Assembly: GCA_964035575.1 (NCBI GenBank) | Contig: OZ037839.1 | Coordinates: forward strand, 1,922,001-1,986,000 | Origin: Rhynchopus sp. YZ270_cl-10 | Lineage: Eukaryota | Reading direction: 5' to 3' | DNA: 64,000 nt | In this document: one piece after another, positions 1 to 12,253 of the stretch | How the letters are laid out: each line of letters starts with the position of its first letter | Position numbering within the stretch: position 1 is the first letter of the stretch | Notes under the pieces: generated by a model | Database searches by the model: none | The model's input: the letters and a program-made list of their open reading frames with translations, nothing else | Told to the model about the DNA's origin: nothing | Program-made: the position numbers and the translations under genes

Positions 1-566
1 TTGTGCACCCAGGTACCCAGACCCATGAGGTGTCACGTGACCTCAATGTGAATGACCCACACATGAGGGAATGTGACACCGCAAAATTTAACGGCCGTTT
101 TCAACGCCGCAGGCAGGCCAAATAGCGTTTGACTCGGAGGAATGCCTGTGCAGGTATCAAACATGAGAACCAACTCCCAGCAACAAGGGGCGCCTTTTGG
201 CTGTTGAGACTGTTTGGGGTGCAAAGTTTTCCACACTGTTGCAGTAACAGTTCACATCTTTGAGAATTGTGAGGATGATGTATTGACATGAGAAGCGCGA
301 ATATGATCCCTGGTGAATACACCGCCAATAAAAATAAAGTTGCGCTCGCTTCGCTCGCGGAAAAACACCCCAAAAATTTTCCCCCGCTCGCTTCGCGAGC
401 GGGAAAACGCCCCCAAAAAAATTCTCCCCACCACCAATACACAAAACCGGTGTATAAGTCGGCCTGTGCATAAGTCCGATCCTGAGCCCAAATCTGCCCG
501 GACTTATACACGGGTCATCGGACTTATGCACGGGTCATGGGGGTCGGACTTATGCACGGGGGGGGG
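1..566. mobile_element. MITE family A, copy 1 (left end outside window)
   Basis: Colinear with 26513-27091; ends GACTTATGCAC-G9; subterminal (C)GGACTTAT(G/A)CAC repeats. Confidence 0.85.
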
Positions 567-578
567 TCCCCCCCCCTA

Positions 579-1431
579 GGCATACTGTGCGGGCGAGTAA
601 AAAAAACTCGCCTACTCGCCAAAAACTCGCCTAAAACTCGCCCATTTTTGGGGGGCGAGTTTTGGCGAGTTTTTTTTTTTTGGTAGGGATTTTACCTTGG
701 GAAAAGTGTATACACGAAAATATGAGGGAAATTTGAGTTTTGAAGGGAAAATTTTTTTCGTTCCACTTGAACAAGACCTCTACAGTTTGCTTTGTAGGCT
801 TCCACAACCAGTATCACCAGTCCAGCTGTAGCTTCTGCGGATCCATGAAGCTTGCACAGATGGGTGCGATGTAGTCGTGGGGGAGTACCGCCAAGGGGTG
901 GCCTGCAGGGTTGCCATTTACCGGCATGGCGAGGACATTGTTGTATAGCGAGTGTAGCCCCGGCTCATGTCTTCGTCATCCTCCGGATTGTAGCACGTCT
1001 TGTCCCGGGATCTATGGCACGCTTGGATCTTCCCCTGGAGCAAATGTTTACATACATGCCTGTCAGCCACTGCCGTGACATGGTTGCCTTTAGACGTACA
1101 AGTGACACAATTTCAATTTTTTTGTGTGTTTTCGAGTGGCATGTTGTCATCAGTCACCCCCGCCCTCCATTTTCACATCCTGGTGCACATTTTCACCCCC
1201 AAGGTGCGTATGTGCACCAGGATTTGCACCCAAATTGGGGCGAGTTTAGGCGAGTTTAGGCGAGTTTAGGCGAGTTTTTGGCGAGTTTAGGCGAGTTTTG
1301 GCGAGTTTTTGGCGAGTTTTGGCGAGTAATAGGCGAGTAATGGGCGAGTAGGGCGAGTTTTTGGCGAGTTTTTCCTGAAAATCAGGAAAACGAAAAACTC
1401 GCCTAAAAACGGCTCGCCTGCACAGTATGCC
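579..1431. mobile_element. MITE family C, copy 1
   Basis: TIR GGCATACTGTGC...GCACAGTATGCC, TA on both sides (577-578, 1432-1433), many GGCGAGTTT(T) subterminal repeats; second copy inverted at 48890-49735. Confidence 0.9.
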
Positions 1432-1433
1432 TA

Positions 1434-2618
1434 GGGGGTATCAAACCCCACGTATAAGGTGTCATAAAACACGTATTTTTTTCTTTTTGACAAAAATGCA
1501 TTTCAAAGTGATTTTGACCATATATTCCCACCCACACCACCCAAAAAATACCCCCTCGCCCTGTTTTGACCCCAACCGACCCTTTTTTGGCCCCAAAACG
1601 GGCAAACTGAAAAAGTGGCAAGGACTTGGTACCTTGGGAGGGTACTAGGACCTGGTACCTTTTTTGAAACATGGTTCTAAGTTCCACGAAGTCCCTCTAA
1701 ACACCCCGAAACCGCCTGGGTACCCCTCGGGATAGGTTCTGGGGTGAAAGTATGTGGCTTTTAGGGCTTTTCTGGCCCCAAAATGAGTAAAAGCGGTCCA
1801 AACAGCAGGTGGTGCAGATGAAGGCCACAGTGGAGAGAACCACACGCTGCTTTTTGCACCGCTTTTACCCATTCTGAGGCCAAGAAAACCCTCAAAGCCA
1901 CATATTTTCACCCCAGAACCTATCCTGAGGGGTGCCCAGGCGGTTTCGGGGTGTTCATCCACCTTAGTACGCACGCTTTTTTCTTGATTTTTTGATTTTT
2001 CTTGAAAATCTCGGTTTTCCTGTAGGTGTGATATTTCTATTGGCACTCTATTGGCACTCGGGTTGGGAGGGGAACAGTGATGGGACACAACGCATTTTTG
2101 ACCCAAAAAACAGGGTACTCCACCTATTTTGAGGTTGGGGAATCAATTCCGTGGTGATTTTTGGACATTAGAGACGTTCTGGCGGTCTTATTGGGGGTGT
2201 TGGTGCTCATGACAAGGCAAAAAGCAAGCGTCTTTAAATAAACAATGGAGCGTTGGGTGTGTCAAATATCTCTGAGACGCCTCTGGGGACTAGAAAAGCC
2301 CCCAAAGCCACATACTTTCACCCCAGAACCTATCCCGAGGGGTACCCAGGCGGTTTCGGGGTGTTTAGAGGGACTGGTGAAACTTAGAACCATGTTTTAA
2401 AAAGGGTACCAGGTCCTAGTACCCTCCCAAGGTACCAAGTCCTTGCCACTTTTTCAGTTTGCCTGTTGTGGGGCCAAAAAAGGGTCGGTTGGGGTCAAAA
2501 CAGGGCGAGGGGGTATTTTTTGGGTGGTGTGGGTGGGAATATATGGTCAAAATCACTTTGAAATGCATTTTTGTCAAAAAGAAAAAAACACGTGATTATG
2601 ACAGCTTTTGATACCCCC
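1434..2618. mobile_element. Long-TIR fold-back MITE (family E)
   Basis: GGGGGTATCAAA...TTTGATACCCCC, TA flanks, ~330-bp inverted arms (about 1434-1775 vs 2290-2618). Confidence 0.88.
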
Positions 2619-3652
2619 TACCGGGGGGGGGGGGTAGGTATAAAAAATATTTTCCTCTCCTTTTTGTTTTCCACACGCGCTGGTTTTTTGTTCTTCGCTC
2701 GTTTTTATCAAAAAGCTTTCCCTCCCTCCGCTCCCTGCTTTCTTCTTCAAAAATTATGCCTTATTGGCTTGCTTGCTTGGTCAGTACACAGTCGTTGAGC
2801 TGTTACATGAATATAATGAATTTGTGCTTGGTGGTCCTGCTTGGGTAGAGTTCTTGGTTGAGCCCTGGTGATGAGACTGAGTGCCGTATGGGCTCGTCTT
2901 TCATGGGTGAGAGTTCTTGTGGTCTCTTTGCTTGGTTTGAGTATTTGATGCTCGGATGTGTTTTTATGCTCTCGGTGCTGTTTGCACCCTGTTTTGCCAT
3001 CTTCTTCGCTGCATGAAGCCAAATGGGTCTGTACCTGAACTTATGTTAAGATCTTAGTTGATCTCGTGGATTGGACAGAGCACTTATGGGCTCGCCTGTC
3101 CAGGGAAAGCTTGTGGTCTCTCGCAGGACAGAGTCGGGATGCTCGGGTGTCCTTCTTTCTCGGTGCCGTGTGCACCCTTCGCTCCCTCTGCATGAATGTT
3201 TGTGTGTTTTCTCTTACGTAGTGCTCTTGTAGTCTCTTAGTGGATTGAGTGCTGGATGCTTAACATTTCGTGTGACTTTCTTACGATTTTTCTGCTACGC
3301 TCGACGTGGCGTTTTTCTTATGACGTTCTGATCCCTCCCTCTGGATGCTTCTTTTTGCTCTGTCGGCACATAGCCAATCGACGTGTTGCTCTTACGTATC
3401 TCTTGTTCTTTCCCATAAAATTAGAAAAATATGCGAATGCAGCAAATTCAAAAACCCATGCACCTGTGTTGTCATTATTTCCCTAGTTTCGAGTGCGAAA
3501 CGTTTCTCCATGTATTGCACGGGAAACAATATGACAAACAGGTGCAGGGTGGTTCCGTGCATATCAAATAGCCTCTGTGTCTCCCAAAAACCAAAAGCGT
3601 TGTGCGTGTAGTTTTGAAGGAAGGAAAAAAAGAAAATAATAAAAAAAAAAAT

Positions 3653-3708
3653 GCCTTCGGGCGACATTGAGTACAGATCCTGCACTAGCAGGTGATTGTC
3701 GACATAAC
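3653..3708 (+). repeat. Short A-tailed dispersed repeat (GCCTTCGGGCGACATTG family)
   Basis: Near-identical copy at 60867-60922, minus-strand relatives at 58724-58776 and 58501-58552; AAAAAAAT on both sides. Confidence 0.8.
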
Positions 3709-3848
3709 AAAAAAATAAATCAGCCTTTTCGAATACTTTTCTTCTTTGCGAAGTGAAATGAATAAGAAAGCTATTTTGTTGTATCTTGCCTCCCTCCTCC
3801 TCCTTCTCAACACTTACCCCACAACAGAGCAACACTTCACTCGAAACA

Positions 3849-6041
3849 ATGGAACTGTGTGTGCAGGGATATGATGATGACACCAAATTCGTGATTGAGG
3901 TGGGTGAGAACGACACAACGGAGACGATGCGGCAGAAGGTGGCGTCTGTAACAGGGTTGTCTGAAGACAGCTTCCACATGGGCTTCGGAGGGAAGGAGGA
4001 AGGAGAGGACATCACAGAACTGAGTGCTGGAGACACAGTCGTGTTGACGAAGGTGACGAAGTACGAATCTGTTGAAGCACTTCGTGACTTGGGTGAGACA
4101 GACATTTCCGAAGCGAGGTTGGCGACTGTGGAGGATCCTGAGGTGGCTTCTCTGCTTCTTCAGGCGGAGGTTGCGACTGTTATTCCTGGCGGGTTCTTGC
4201 GCGGAGCATCGTTTACGAGACTTGATCTCTCTGCTGTGTCTGGAGTTACACGGATTGAGTATGCCTTCCTCTCCGGGTGTGCGTCGGTGGAAACGGTTGA
4301 CTTGTCGGGATTGTGCAACGTTACGCACATTTCGACTGACTTTCTCTTGGGCTCCACATCGTTGAGAAGCCTTGACCTGTCAGGGTTCGCTGGTGTGACG
4401 TCGATAGGGAACTCCTTCCTCCAAGGAAGTGGCGTCACAGAGCTTGACTTATCCGCGATGACGAGTATGACGACGTTTGGTCCATTCTTCCTGTACCACT
4501 GCAGGTCGTTGGAAAGTCTTGACATCTCAGGATGGCGCAGAGTCACGCACATTGAGAACAACTTCCTCACGAACTGCACCTCGTTGGCAAGCATTGATTT
4601 GTCAGCTTTTTGCAGTGTCACGAAGATCGGCTTCGAATTTCTCATCAACTGCACGTCGTTAACCACCATCAGCTTTTCAGGGATGACCAATGTGACGGAC
4701 ATTGGGAACAGCTTTTGTAAGAACTGCACCTCGTTGTCAAGCATTGATTTGTCAGCTTTTTGCAGTGTCACGAAGATCGGCTCCGAATTTCTCATCAACT
4801 GCACGACGTTGGCCACCATCAGCTTTTCAGGGATGACCAATGTGACAGACATTGGGAACAGCTTTTGTGCGGACTGCATCTCGTTGGCAACGATGGATTT
4901 GTCAGCGTTTCGCGGTGTCACGAAGATCGGCTCCGACTTTCTCTCCAACTGCAGGTCGTTGGCCACCATCAGCTTTTCAGGGATGACGAATGTGACGGAC
5001 ATTGAGCACAGCTTTTGTAGGGCCTGCACCTCGTTGGAAACGATTGACTTATCAGCACTGCACAGGGTTGTGAAGGTAGGTTACAACTTTCTTGAGAGGT
5101 GCACCTCGCTGGCAAGTATCGACCTCTCAGCTTTTGGCAGTACCAGAAACATTCGGACAGGCTTTCTCAAGCACTGTTCATCACTGAAAACAGTTGATTT
5201 ATCAGTGTTGCGCAGCATCACACACATTGAGCAAAGCTGGCTGCTAGGGTGCTTCTCGTTGACAACAGCACACTTAGCAGGACTAAGCAATCCTGGGCAG
5301 GTTAATGATTATTTCCTGCAAGGGTGCTACGCGTTGACAACAGCAGACTTATCAGGACTGAGCGATCTTCAGCAGATTGGTCAACATTTTCTGGCTGAAT
5401 GCACATCCTTGACCACGCTGGACATGTCGGGTATAGGCTGTGACACAAAGATCAATGTGCCTTCCACCTTCCTGCGCAACTGCAACGCACTCACAACCTT
5501 TGTCTTGCCAGGCAACATCGACATTGAAGCAACTATGTCTCTAACTAAGCAGCACCGCATCATGCTGCAGCACGACACCTATGCACCCTTCCTTGTGTGT
5601 GTGGGTGTCATGTACGTAAGGTTTGTAAAACAGTACGGTTTATGTGTGCGGGTAGAACGCTTTAACGCACCACGACAAGACGTGTCTGGAGATGCAAGAC
5701 AATGTATTGCATTGAAAGCAGGACAAGACGGCGAAGTGTTTGATGCAAGCACACGAGGACGACTGCAGATAAGGAGAGGATTCAGAGGGTTTGGTTCAGG
5801 ACAGACAGGAGCAACACAAGCAGGAGGGTTTGGAGGGTTTGGGGCAGGACAAACAGGAGCAACACAAGCAGGAGGGTTTGGAGGGTTTGGACAAGCAGGA
5901 GTGACACAAGCAAGAGGATTTGGGGGGTTTGGAGCAACACAAGCAGGAGCAACACAAGCAGGAGGATTTGGAGGGTTTGGTAATTTATGTGAAAAAGACT
6001 TTGGTGAAGATATCGAACTTCATTTTTGGATACACCTGTGA
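3849..6041 (+). CDS. Ubiquitin-like domain + BspA/TpLRR-type leucine-rich repeat protein with C-terminal GGFG repeats
   Basis: First ATG at 3849 in a 751-codon ORF; N-terminal beta-grasp-like pattern; 24-26 aa repeats FLxxCxxLxxIDLSxxxxVTxIG; paralogues at 6809 and 62596. Confidence 0.88.
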   Translation: MELCVQGYDDDTKFVIEVGENDTTETMRQKVASVTGLSEDSFHMGFGGKEEGEDITELSAGDTVVLTKVTKYESVEALRDLGETDISEARLATVEDPEVASLLLQAEVATVIPGGFLRGASFTRLDLSAVSGVTRIEYAFLSGCASVETVDLSGLCNVTHISTDFLLGSTSLRSLDLSGFAGVTSIGNSFLQGSGVTELDLSAMTSMTTFGPFFLYHCRSLESLDISGWRRVTHIENNFLTNCTSLASIDLSAFCSVTKIGFEFLINCTSLTTISFSGMTNVTDIGNSFCKNCTSLSSIDLSAFCSVTKIGSEFLINCTTLATISFSGMTNVTDIGNSFCADCISLATMDLSAFRGVTKIGSDFLSNCRSLATISFSGMTNVTDIEHSFCRACTSLETIDLSALHRVVKVGYNFLERCTSLASIDLSAFGSTRNIRTGFLKHCSSLKTVDLSVLRSITHIEQSWLLGCFSLTTAHLAGLSNPGQVNDYFLQGCYALTTADLSGLSDLQQIGQHFLAECTSLTTLDMSGIGCDTKINVPSTFLRNCNALTTFVLPGNIDIEATMSLTKQHRIMLQHDTYAPFLVCVGVMYVRFVKQYGLCVRVERFNAPRQDVSGDARQCIALKAGQDGEVFDASTRGRLQIRRGFRGFGSGQTGATQAGGFGGFGAGQTGATQAGGFGGFGQAGVTQARGFGGFGATQAGATQAGGFGGFGNLCEKDFGEDIELHFWIHL

Positions 6042-6808
6042 GCTCTTTTTGGGTAGGGAATCACAGCAACGCGCATGACGTGGGTCCGTACAAACTAAAG
6101 AATAGACAAACGGGATTTTTATTGTTTCTCTCTTTGTGAGAAGGCTGCAAAACTAACAAAAATAGTTTTTTCAGCCTTGTCAATCGATTTTGTTTGTTTG
6201 CGTGAATGGTGTGGCTCGTTGAGCAACTTTTTGTTTTCATTTGAACTACATACGAACTACATAAAAGTGAAGATTCAAAGATGTGATCGACACCTTTGGT
6301 GTGTCTCAACGAAAACTAAAACTAGCAACACTCCATCCCAGATTTTTGTCCACACATACGATAAAGTGATAGTTACTCCACTAAACAAATCGAGCAAAAA
6401 TATGGTGAACTCAGAGGAGCCCGGTTTAAAGGTTTTTGAAAAGAGAGAGTTTTGAAGGAAAAAGAAATGGCTCGATAGTGAATGTTTTGTGAAGGCTTTG
6501 TGAATTTGTGTGAACCACAGGTGAATATTCCGGAACAAGAAAGACCCTAAATCACCCATTTTACATCAAAGTGTTGTAGAGAAGTGGAACCGCATTTCGT
6601 CCACAATGGGGCTTGTCAAGTGGAGCATGTTTCGCCCCTGTTGTTTCCATAGTCATGCAGCATGACATGTGCCTGTCAGTTCTTGTTCATATGTGAAGAG
6701 TACCTGGATAAGTGAAAAAACAAAAAAAAGCTATTTTGTTGTATCTTGCCTCCCTCCTCCTCCTTCTCAACACTTACCCCAAAACAGAGCAACACTTCAC
6801 TCGAAACA

Positions 6809-8048
6809 ATGGAACTGTGTGTGCAGGGATATGATGATGACACCAAATTCGTGATTGAGGTGGGTGAGAACGACACAACGGAGACGATGCGGCAGAAGGT
6901 GGCGTCTGCAACAGGGTTGTGCGAAGACAGCTTCCGCATGGGCTTCGGAGGGAAGGAGGAAGGAGAGGACATCACAGAACTGAGTGCTGGAGACACAGTC
7001 GTGTTGACGAAAACTACTAAGTACCAATCTGTTGAGGAACTTCGTGCCTTGGGTGAGACAGACATTTCCGAAGCGAGGTTGCGGACTGTGAAGGATCCTG
7101 AGGTGGCTTCTCTGCTTCTTCAGGCGGAGGTTGCGACTGTTATCCCTGCCGGGTTCTTGTGCAGAGCATCGTTTACGAGACTTGATCTCTCTGCTGTGTC
7201 TGTTGTGACACGGATTGGGCATGCCTTCCTAAACGGGTGTGCGTCGGTGGAAACGGTTGACTTGTCGGGATTGTGCAACGTTACGCACATTTCGACTGAC
7301 TTTCTCTCTTACTGTACATCGTTGAGAAGCCTTGACGTGTCAGGGTTCACAGGTGTGACGTCGATAGGGAACTCGTTCCTCCAAGGAAGTGGCGTCACAG
7401 AGCTTGACTTATCCGCGATGACGAGTATGACGACGGTTGGTCCATACTTCCTGTACCACTGCAGGTCGTTGGAAAGTCTTGACATCTCAGGATGGCACAG
7501 AGTCACGCACATTGAGAACAACTTCCTCTGGAACTGCACCTCGTTGGCAACGATTGATTTGTCAGCTTTTTGCAGTGTCACGAAGATCGGCTCCGAATTT
7601 CTCATGAACTGCACGTCGTTAACCACCATCAGCTTTTCAGGGATGACGAATGTGACGGATATTGAAGACAGCTTTTGTGCGGACTGCACCTCGTTGGCAA
7701 CGATTGATTTGTCAGCACTGCACAGGGTTGTGAAGGTAGGTTCCGACTTTCTTACGAGCTGCACCTCGCTGGGAAGTATCGACCTCTCAGCTTTTGGCAG
7801 CACCACAGACGTTGGGGGCGGCTTTCTCAGTCACTGCTCATCACTGAAAACAGTTGATTTATCAGTGTTGCGCAGCATCACACACATTGAGCAAAGCTGG
7901 CTGAAAGGGTGCTCCGCGTTGACAACAGCAGACTATCAGGACTGAGCAACGTTCAGCAGATTGGTCAACATTTTCTGGCTGAATGCACATCCTTGACCAC
8001 GCTGGACATGTCAGGTGTAGGCAGTGACACAAAGATCAATGCGCCTTC
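6809..8048 (+). pseudogene. Tandem duplicate of the Ubl-LRR gene, frameshifted (ORF 6809-7945) or C-terminally truncated
   Basis: Highly similar to 3849-5465; 1-bp deletion near 7934 (GACTATCAGG vs GACTTATCAGG) gives a stop at 7945, and homology continues in another frame to ~8048. Confidence 0.78.
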
Positions 8049-8534
8049 ATCGTCCGTTTCTTCCCATCGCAGCTCTTTGACGATGAGGCCTTCGTGCGAG
8101 ACGTGGTCCTCCCAGCACCCGGCATCGTCCTCAAGCTTCTTCCCCGCCCCGCAACAGATCGGATACACCCTTCAGTCAGGCGTGACGCCGTCGCGCTTCT
8201 GATTGCAGCCACGGGAACACCCCACCATTACATCACAACCAACAGCAAGCAAACACGCACAAAGCTGAAGTGGAGTGTCATCGAGGGTTTGGTACGGAGT
8301 GTCTTTTGCAATTTTTTTTTTCAATTTAGTCAATATCACAGCAAAGGTTATGAATAGCGAGCATCATAGAAACAACCGTTCTCTCCCTTTTGACATCCTT
8401 CGAGGCCCTTTGATCACATCTGCATGATTTGAAGCAAACAACACATCCCAGACCCACACCACATACACACTTTACACCTGCACAACCTTCTTCTTTCCTT
8501 CCCCATCTTTCATTTACTCCTTTCAAACCCTTAC

Positions 8535-9665
8535 ATGGAGGTGGCGGCCGTAGACTCCGCAACAGGCGAGTCGTGTGTGGTGTGCGTGCGGGAGGATGAA
8601 ACAGTTGGGAGTCTGCAGGCGTCGCTTGCCACAGCGCTCTTCGGCAGCAGCGTCGGTCCAAATGCTCTTGCGCTCTCCCTCGACGGCACGTACCTGGGTG
8701 GTGCGGCGACACGCATTGCGGCGACACCACTGCAGTCGCACAGCACGCTCGACGTGGCACACACAGGCCCGAACGTGGTGGCTCCACATGAATACTCTGT
8801 CGAGTGTGAGAGCCTCGCAGTGTCGCCCTGCGGCACACATCTTGCGCTGGGATGCGAAGGGAACAACCTTGCAATGTACTGCACGGAGAGCGGCGCGCTT
8901 GAGTGGCAGAGCAGCACACCTCTGACGGGCACATGGACAGTGCAGGTACGCTTTTCGCGCAACGGCGCACGCATTGCCTCGGCACACGACGCGTCTGCGC
9001 ACATATGGGACGCACACAGCGGCACGCTGCTGCGCTCCTTTGCGCACACCGAGGACGTCTCCGCAATAGCGTTGTCGCCGTGCACACAACACCTCTTCGT
9101 CGCAGGCGAGACCGGCACACTCCTCAGGACCAATGACCAAAGAAGCAGCCTCACGTACTCCGGACATACGGCGTGGGTCTCCGACGTCGTGTGCATGGGC
9201 ACGCAGGTCGTGTCTGCCTCGCAGGACGGCACGGTGCGTGTCTGGGTGCAGGACACTGCAGAGTGCGAACGTGTGCTGCGTGTATGCGACAGCGGGACGC
9301 TGCTCTGTTCCATGGCAGTGTCCGATTGCGGTGCGTACGTGGCCACGGCAGAAGGGCGTACAGGGCATGTGAACGTCTGGTCGCTCGCAACAGGAGAATG
9401 CAGGCACTCCCTCAAAGGGAAGGGCCACGTCATCCTCTCTACAGGCCGCGTCATCACCAGAGCGCCGCACGACACAGACACGGATGCGGACCTGGACGAA
9501 TCACAGCTTCTCGTGTACAGCCTTGAGTCGGGGGCACGCATACACATGCAGGACGAAACGGACGCCCAAGGCTCTTGCTTTGGGTTAGCAGCAACGAAGT
9601 GCGGACGCTACCTCTTCCAAATCTTGGACGGCACAGTGCGCACGATGAAGCTGGAGGAGGATTAA
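8535..9665 (+). CDS. Ubiquitin-like domain + WD40 repeat protein
   Basis: 376-aa GC-rich ORF; WD motifs IASAHDASAHIWD, GHTAWVSDV...SASQDGTVRVW; Ubl-like N-terminus (EDETVGSLQ...STLDV). Confidence 0.9.
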   Translation: MEVAAVDSATGESCVVCVREDETVGSLQASLATALFGSSVGPNALALSLDGTYLGGAATRIAATPLQSHSTLDVAHTGPNVVAPHEYSVECESLAVSPCGTHLALGCEGNNLAMYCTESGALEWQSSTPLTGTWTVQVRFSRNGARIASAHDASAHIWDAHSGTLLRSFAHTEDVSAIALSPCTQHLFVAGETGTLLRTNDQRSSLTYSGHTAWVSDVVCMGTQVVSASQDGTVRVWVQDTAECERVLRVCDSGTLLCSMAVSDCGAYVATAEGRTGHVNVWSLATGECRHSLKGKGHVILSTGRVITRAPHDTDTDADLDESQLLVYSLESGARIHMQDETDAQGSCFGLAATKCGRYLFQILDGTVRTMKLEED

Positions 9666-10750
9666 GACGTGAGACATTACATAGTGCTGTTCACGGAGAC
9701 TAAAAGTGTTGTTGCGGGCAAGTTTTGCGGTTTGAGGAGCGAGTTTTTCCCTTGATGCTTTCTTCAATCACAACACCAGAGTGGTTTCCCCCCTCATGCT
9801 TTCTTTGTGAAGCATATTTTTGATCATCCATTTCCCCTCTTTTTGTGTGTTTTTTTTTCTTCTGTTTGCAGGTTTTTGTTTTTTGGTCAATTATTTTTGA
9901 AAAGTACGACGTAACGTAAGAGAGTCACATTTTATCGTCATCATTTCATGCAACTTTTTTTTTTGTTTTGCCTTTTTTCCCCCCCGTTGGAACTACATCC
10001 CTCCAGGTCAGCCATAGCTGCGCCCCCTCTCTCGCCCTTTCCCCCCCCTCATTTTACAACCGAAATGCGTTTTTTTTACGTCTTCGAAACACTCTACCCA
10101 GACTGCTGTTGTTTTTTTTTCCCGCACACCCAACTCTTTCAAGGCGGGAATCAAACCCCCACAGCAAAGCCTTTGTAGACGACAATACAATTCTGGGAAG
10201 GGAAAAAATAAAATACATCATGATCGCATATGTTCATTCAACTAAGCGAGCCTCAGGATCCATCTTGTCACCAACTTTTTTCTTCTTTGGGTTCACATGC
10301 TTTCTGTTCTCCTGGAGACTGAAAGTATTATATGAATCTAATTTATTCGTGATTTGCCCTTTTTACATAGGTCATTCGGAGGTACCTGCATCAATAACTA
10401 CCATTTTTCGGTGGGGAAAGTGTGCCTGCTTACAGTTACCCTGTAAACAACTCCCAAATGCAACACCCCGCGGGGTTTGATAACCCGCGGAGTGTGAAGT
10501 GCCTCAGGCGCTCTCAGAGGCGTTTTGCACTATCAAATTTTCACCTTCTTTTCTTTTATATTTCGCAAATTTCGAATAATACCCCCCTTGTCCTCTTTCC
10601 TTTTCTGAACGGTTCCCCCTTTTTTTTTAAATACGAAACAAAGGAGTCTGAGCTCTTCCTCATAACACATGTATTTTGCTGCGTAGCTCATTCTCAGAAG
10701 TGCCCTCCTGTTTATTTTTCTGATATTTTTTTTTTTTTTGATCAAAAAGT

Positions 10751-11334
10751 CAGTAATGTATATAGGGGTGGTGGTGGTGCAGTAAAGGGGGAAATATGTG
10801 GGAAACCCCCTTTTTCTTGGTTTTTCGCGTGGTTGTGTGCAGGGTTTTATATAGCCAGCACCCACCAAAACGGTGGTTTTGTGTGAGGCAGTCATTGTTT
10901 TTGTGTGTGGGAAACTAGTGTCTTGTCTGGGAATCCAGATTTCAAGATCGGGGTCAGCTGCCCAAAAATTCAGCACTGCTGACAAGGGAAGACACTGGGA
11001 ACTATATTTTTTTTTGCGGAGCAAAAAAAACAATATAAGATGGCGCCGCAGGCGGAAAAAAATTCATGGTACGGTGTAAAAATCTAGCTTTTTACACCAC
11101 GAGTCACTCAGAGAACCCCTTTTTGCGGAATCCCGACTCGTTTTTTAGGATTCTTGACGACCGTGCTCTTCATGGTGGGGTCGCGTTGCTCTGTAGTCCC
11201 TTCGGGACCCCTCTTAGAGCCCTGTAAGGTAAGGTAAAAATTGCAAAAAATCCCGAAGTTCTATAGTTTTTTTTTTTTTTTTTCGATTTTTTGTGGGATT
11301 TGGTCCCACATAAATACCCCTATATACATCACTG
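10751..11334. mobile_element. hAT-like non-autonomous element (family O), copy 1
   Basis: TIR CAGT(A/G)ATGTATATAGGGG; perfect 8-bp TSD CAAAAAGT. Confidence 0.92.
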
Positions 11335-12253
11335 CAAAAAGTCGGTGACCCTCGGATAGAACGTCTTTGACTCTGATCTTTCAAAAGTGGTGATGATTGA
11401 CACAACCGAGGTAACTACAAACACTCAAATTTGATCAAAGAAAAAGGAAAAAGGGAAAATCAGCAGGGAGGGAAAAGGGTTGGTCACCCAGCTAAAGGTT
11501 GAGACATTTTGTCCTGCGTTGCATTTTGCACAAAAGGAGACTTCTGAGCATTGGTGCTTCCGCTGAATTTTTGTGTGAATCGTAATACATCAAGGTCCCC
11601 TCCATCGTTCAGGTACTTGCTCATCATCAAATAATTATCAATCTCTTGGTGCTTTCGGAAGTCGGTCAACGACCTGTCAATATCGACCCCTCCCGGAGCA
11701 CCAATCTTGCTCTGTTTTTTTTTGCTTCAACTGACAACAGCCATCGCGACAGTAGTCTAAATATCTTTGGTGTTCAAAAAAAGGCGTCTAAATGACCCCC
11801 CAAATCTGCCTGATTTGGACGCCAAGTTTCTTGGACTACTGCTAATAGTATTCAAACGCGGGGTTTTATTTTATTTTCTTTTTCTTTCTTCGCGCGCGCC
11901 CGAAAAACGCTCTAATAGAAACGAGAAACGCGCGTTTGAAGTCCTATGACTGTACAGTAATAGAAAAAGTGGAGATTTGCATAACAACTGTGGCAACACA
12001 ACCGAGGCAACTGCACTTCAACAATTTATCAAAAAATAAAATCATACAGTGCGGTTCTTTATACACCCTATGCCATGTGGACCTTCTAGTTAGTTTTTTT
12101 TTTTCTTTCCGGGGGTTTTTTACTCGATTTTTCGAGAAGAAAAAAATTCAGGGGGGTGCTATCCCAATGAAAAGCACCAAAACACATATCAGAAGGAAAC
12201 TTGAAGCGGGTCACATTCTCGGGTAACATACAAAAGAAAACCAATCTTCAAAT

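Noticed and set aside
2760..3255. TG-rich segment with an internal ~110-130 bp diverged duplication, possible LTR
   Set aside because: No defined termini, TSD or second copy in the window
8326..9547. Long minus-strand ORFs overlapping the WD40 gene (likewise over the LRR and ankyrin genes)
   Set aside because: Antisense shadows of GC-rich coding sequence with no domain motifs
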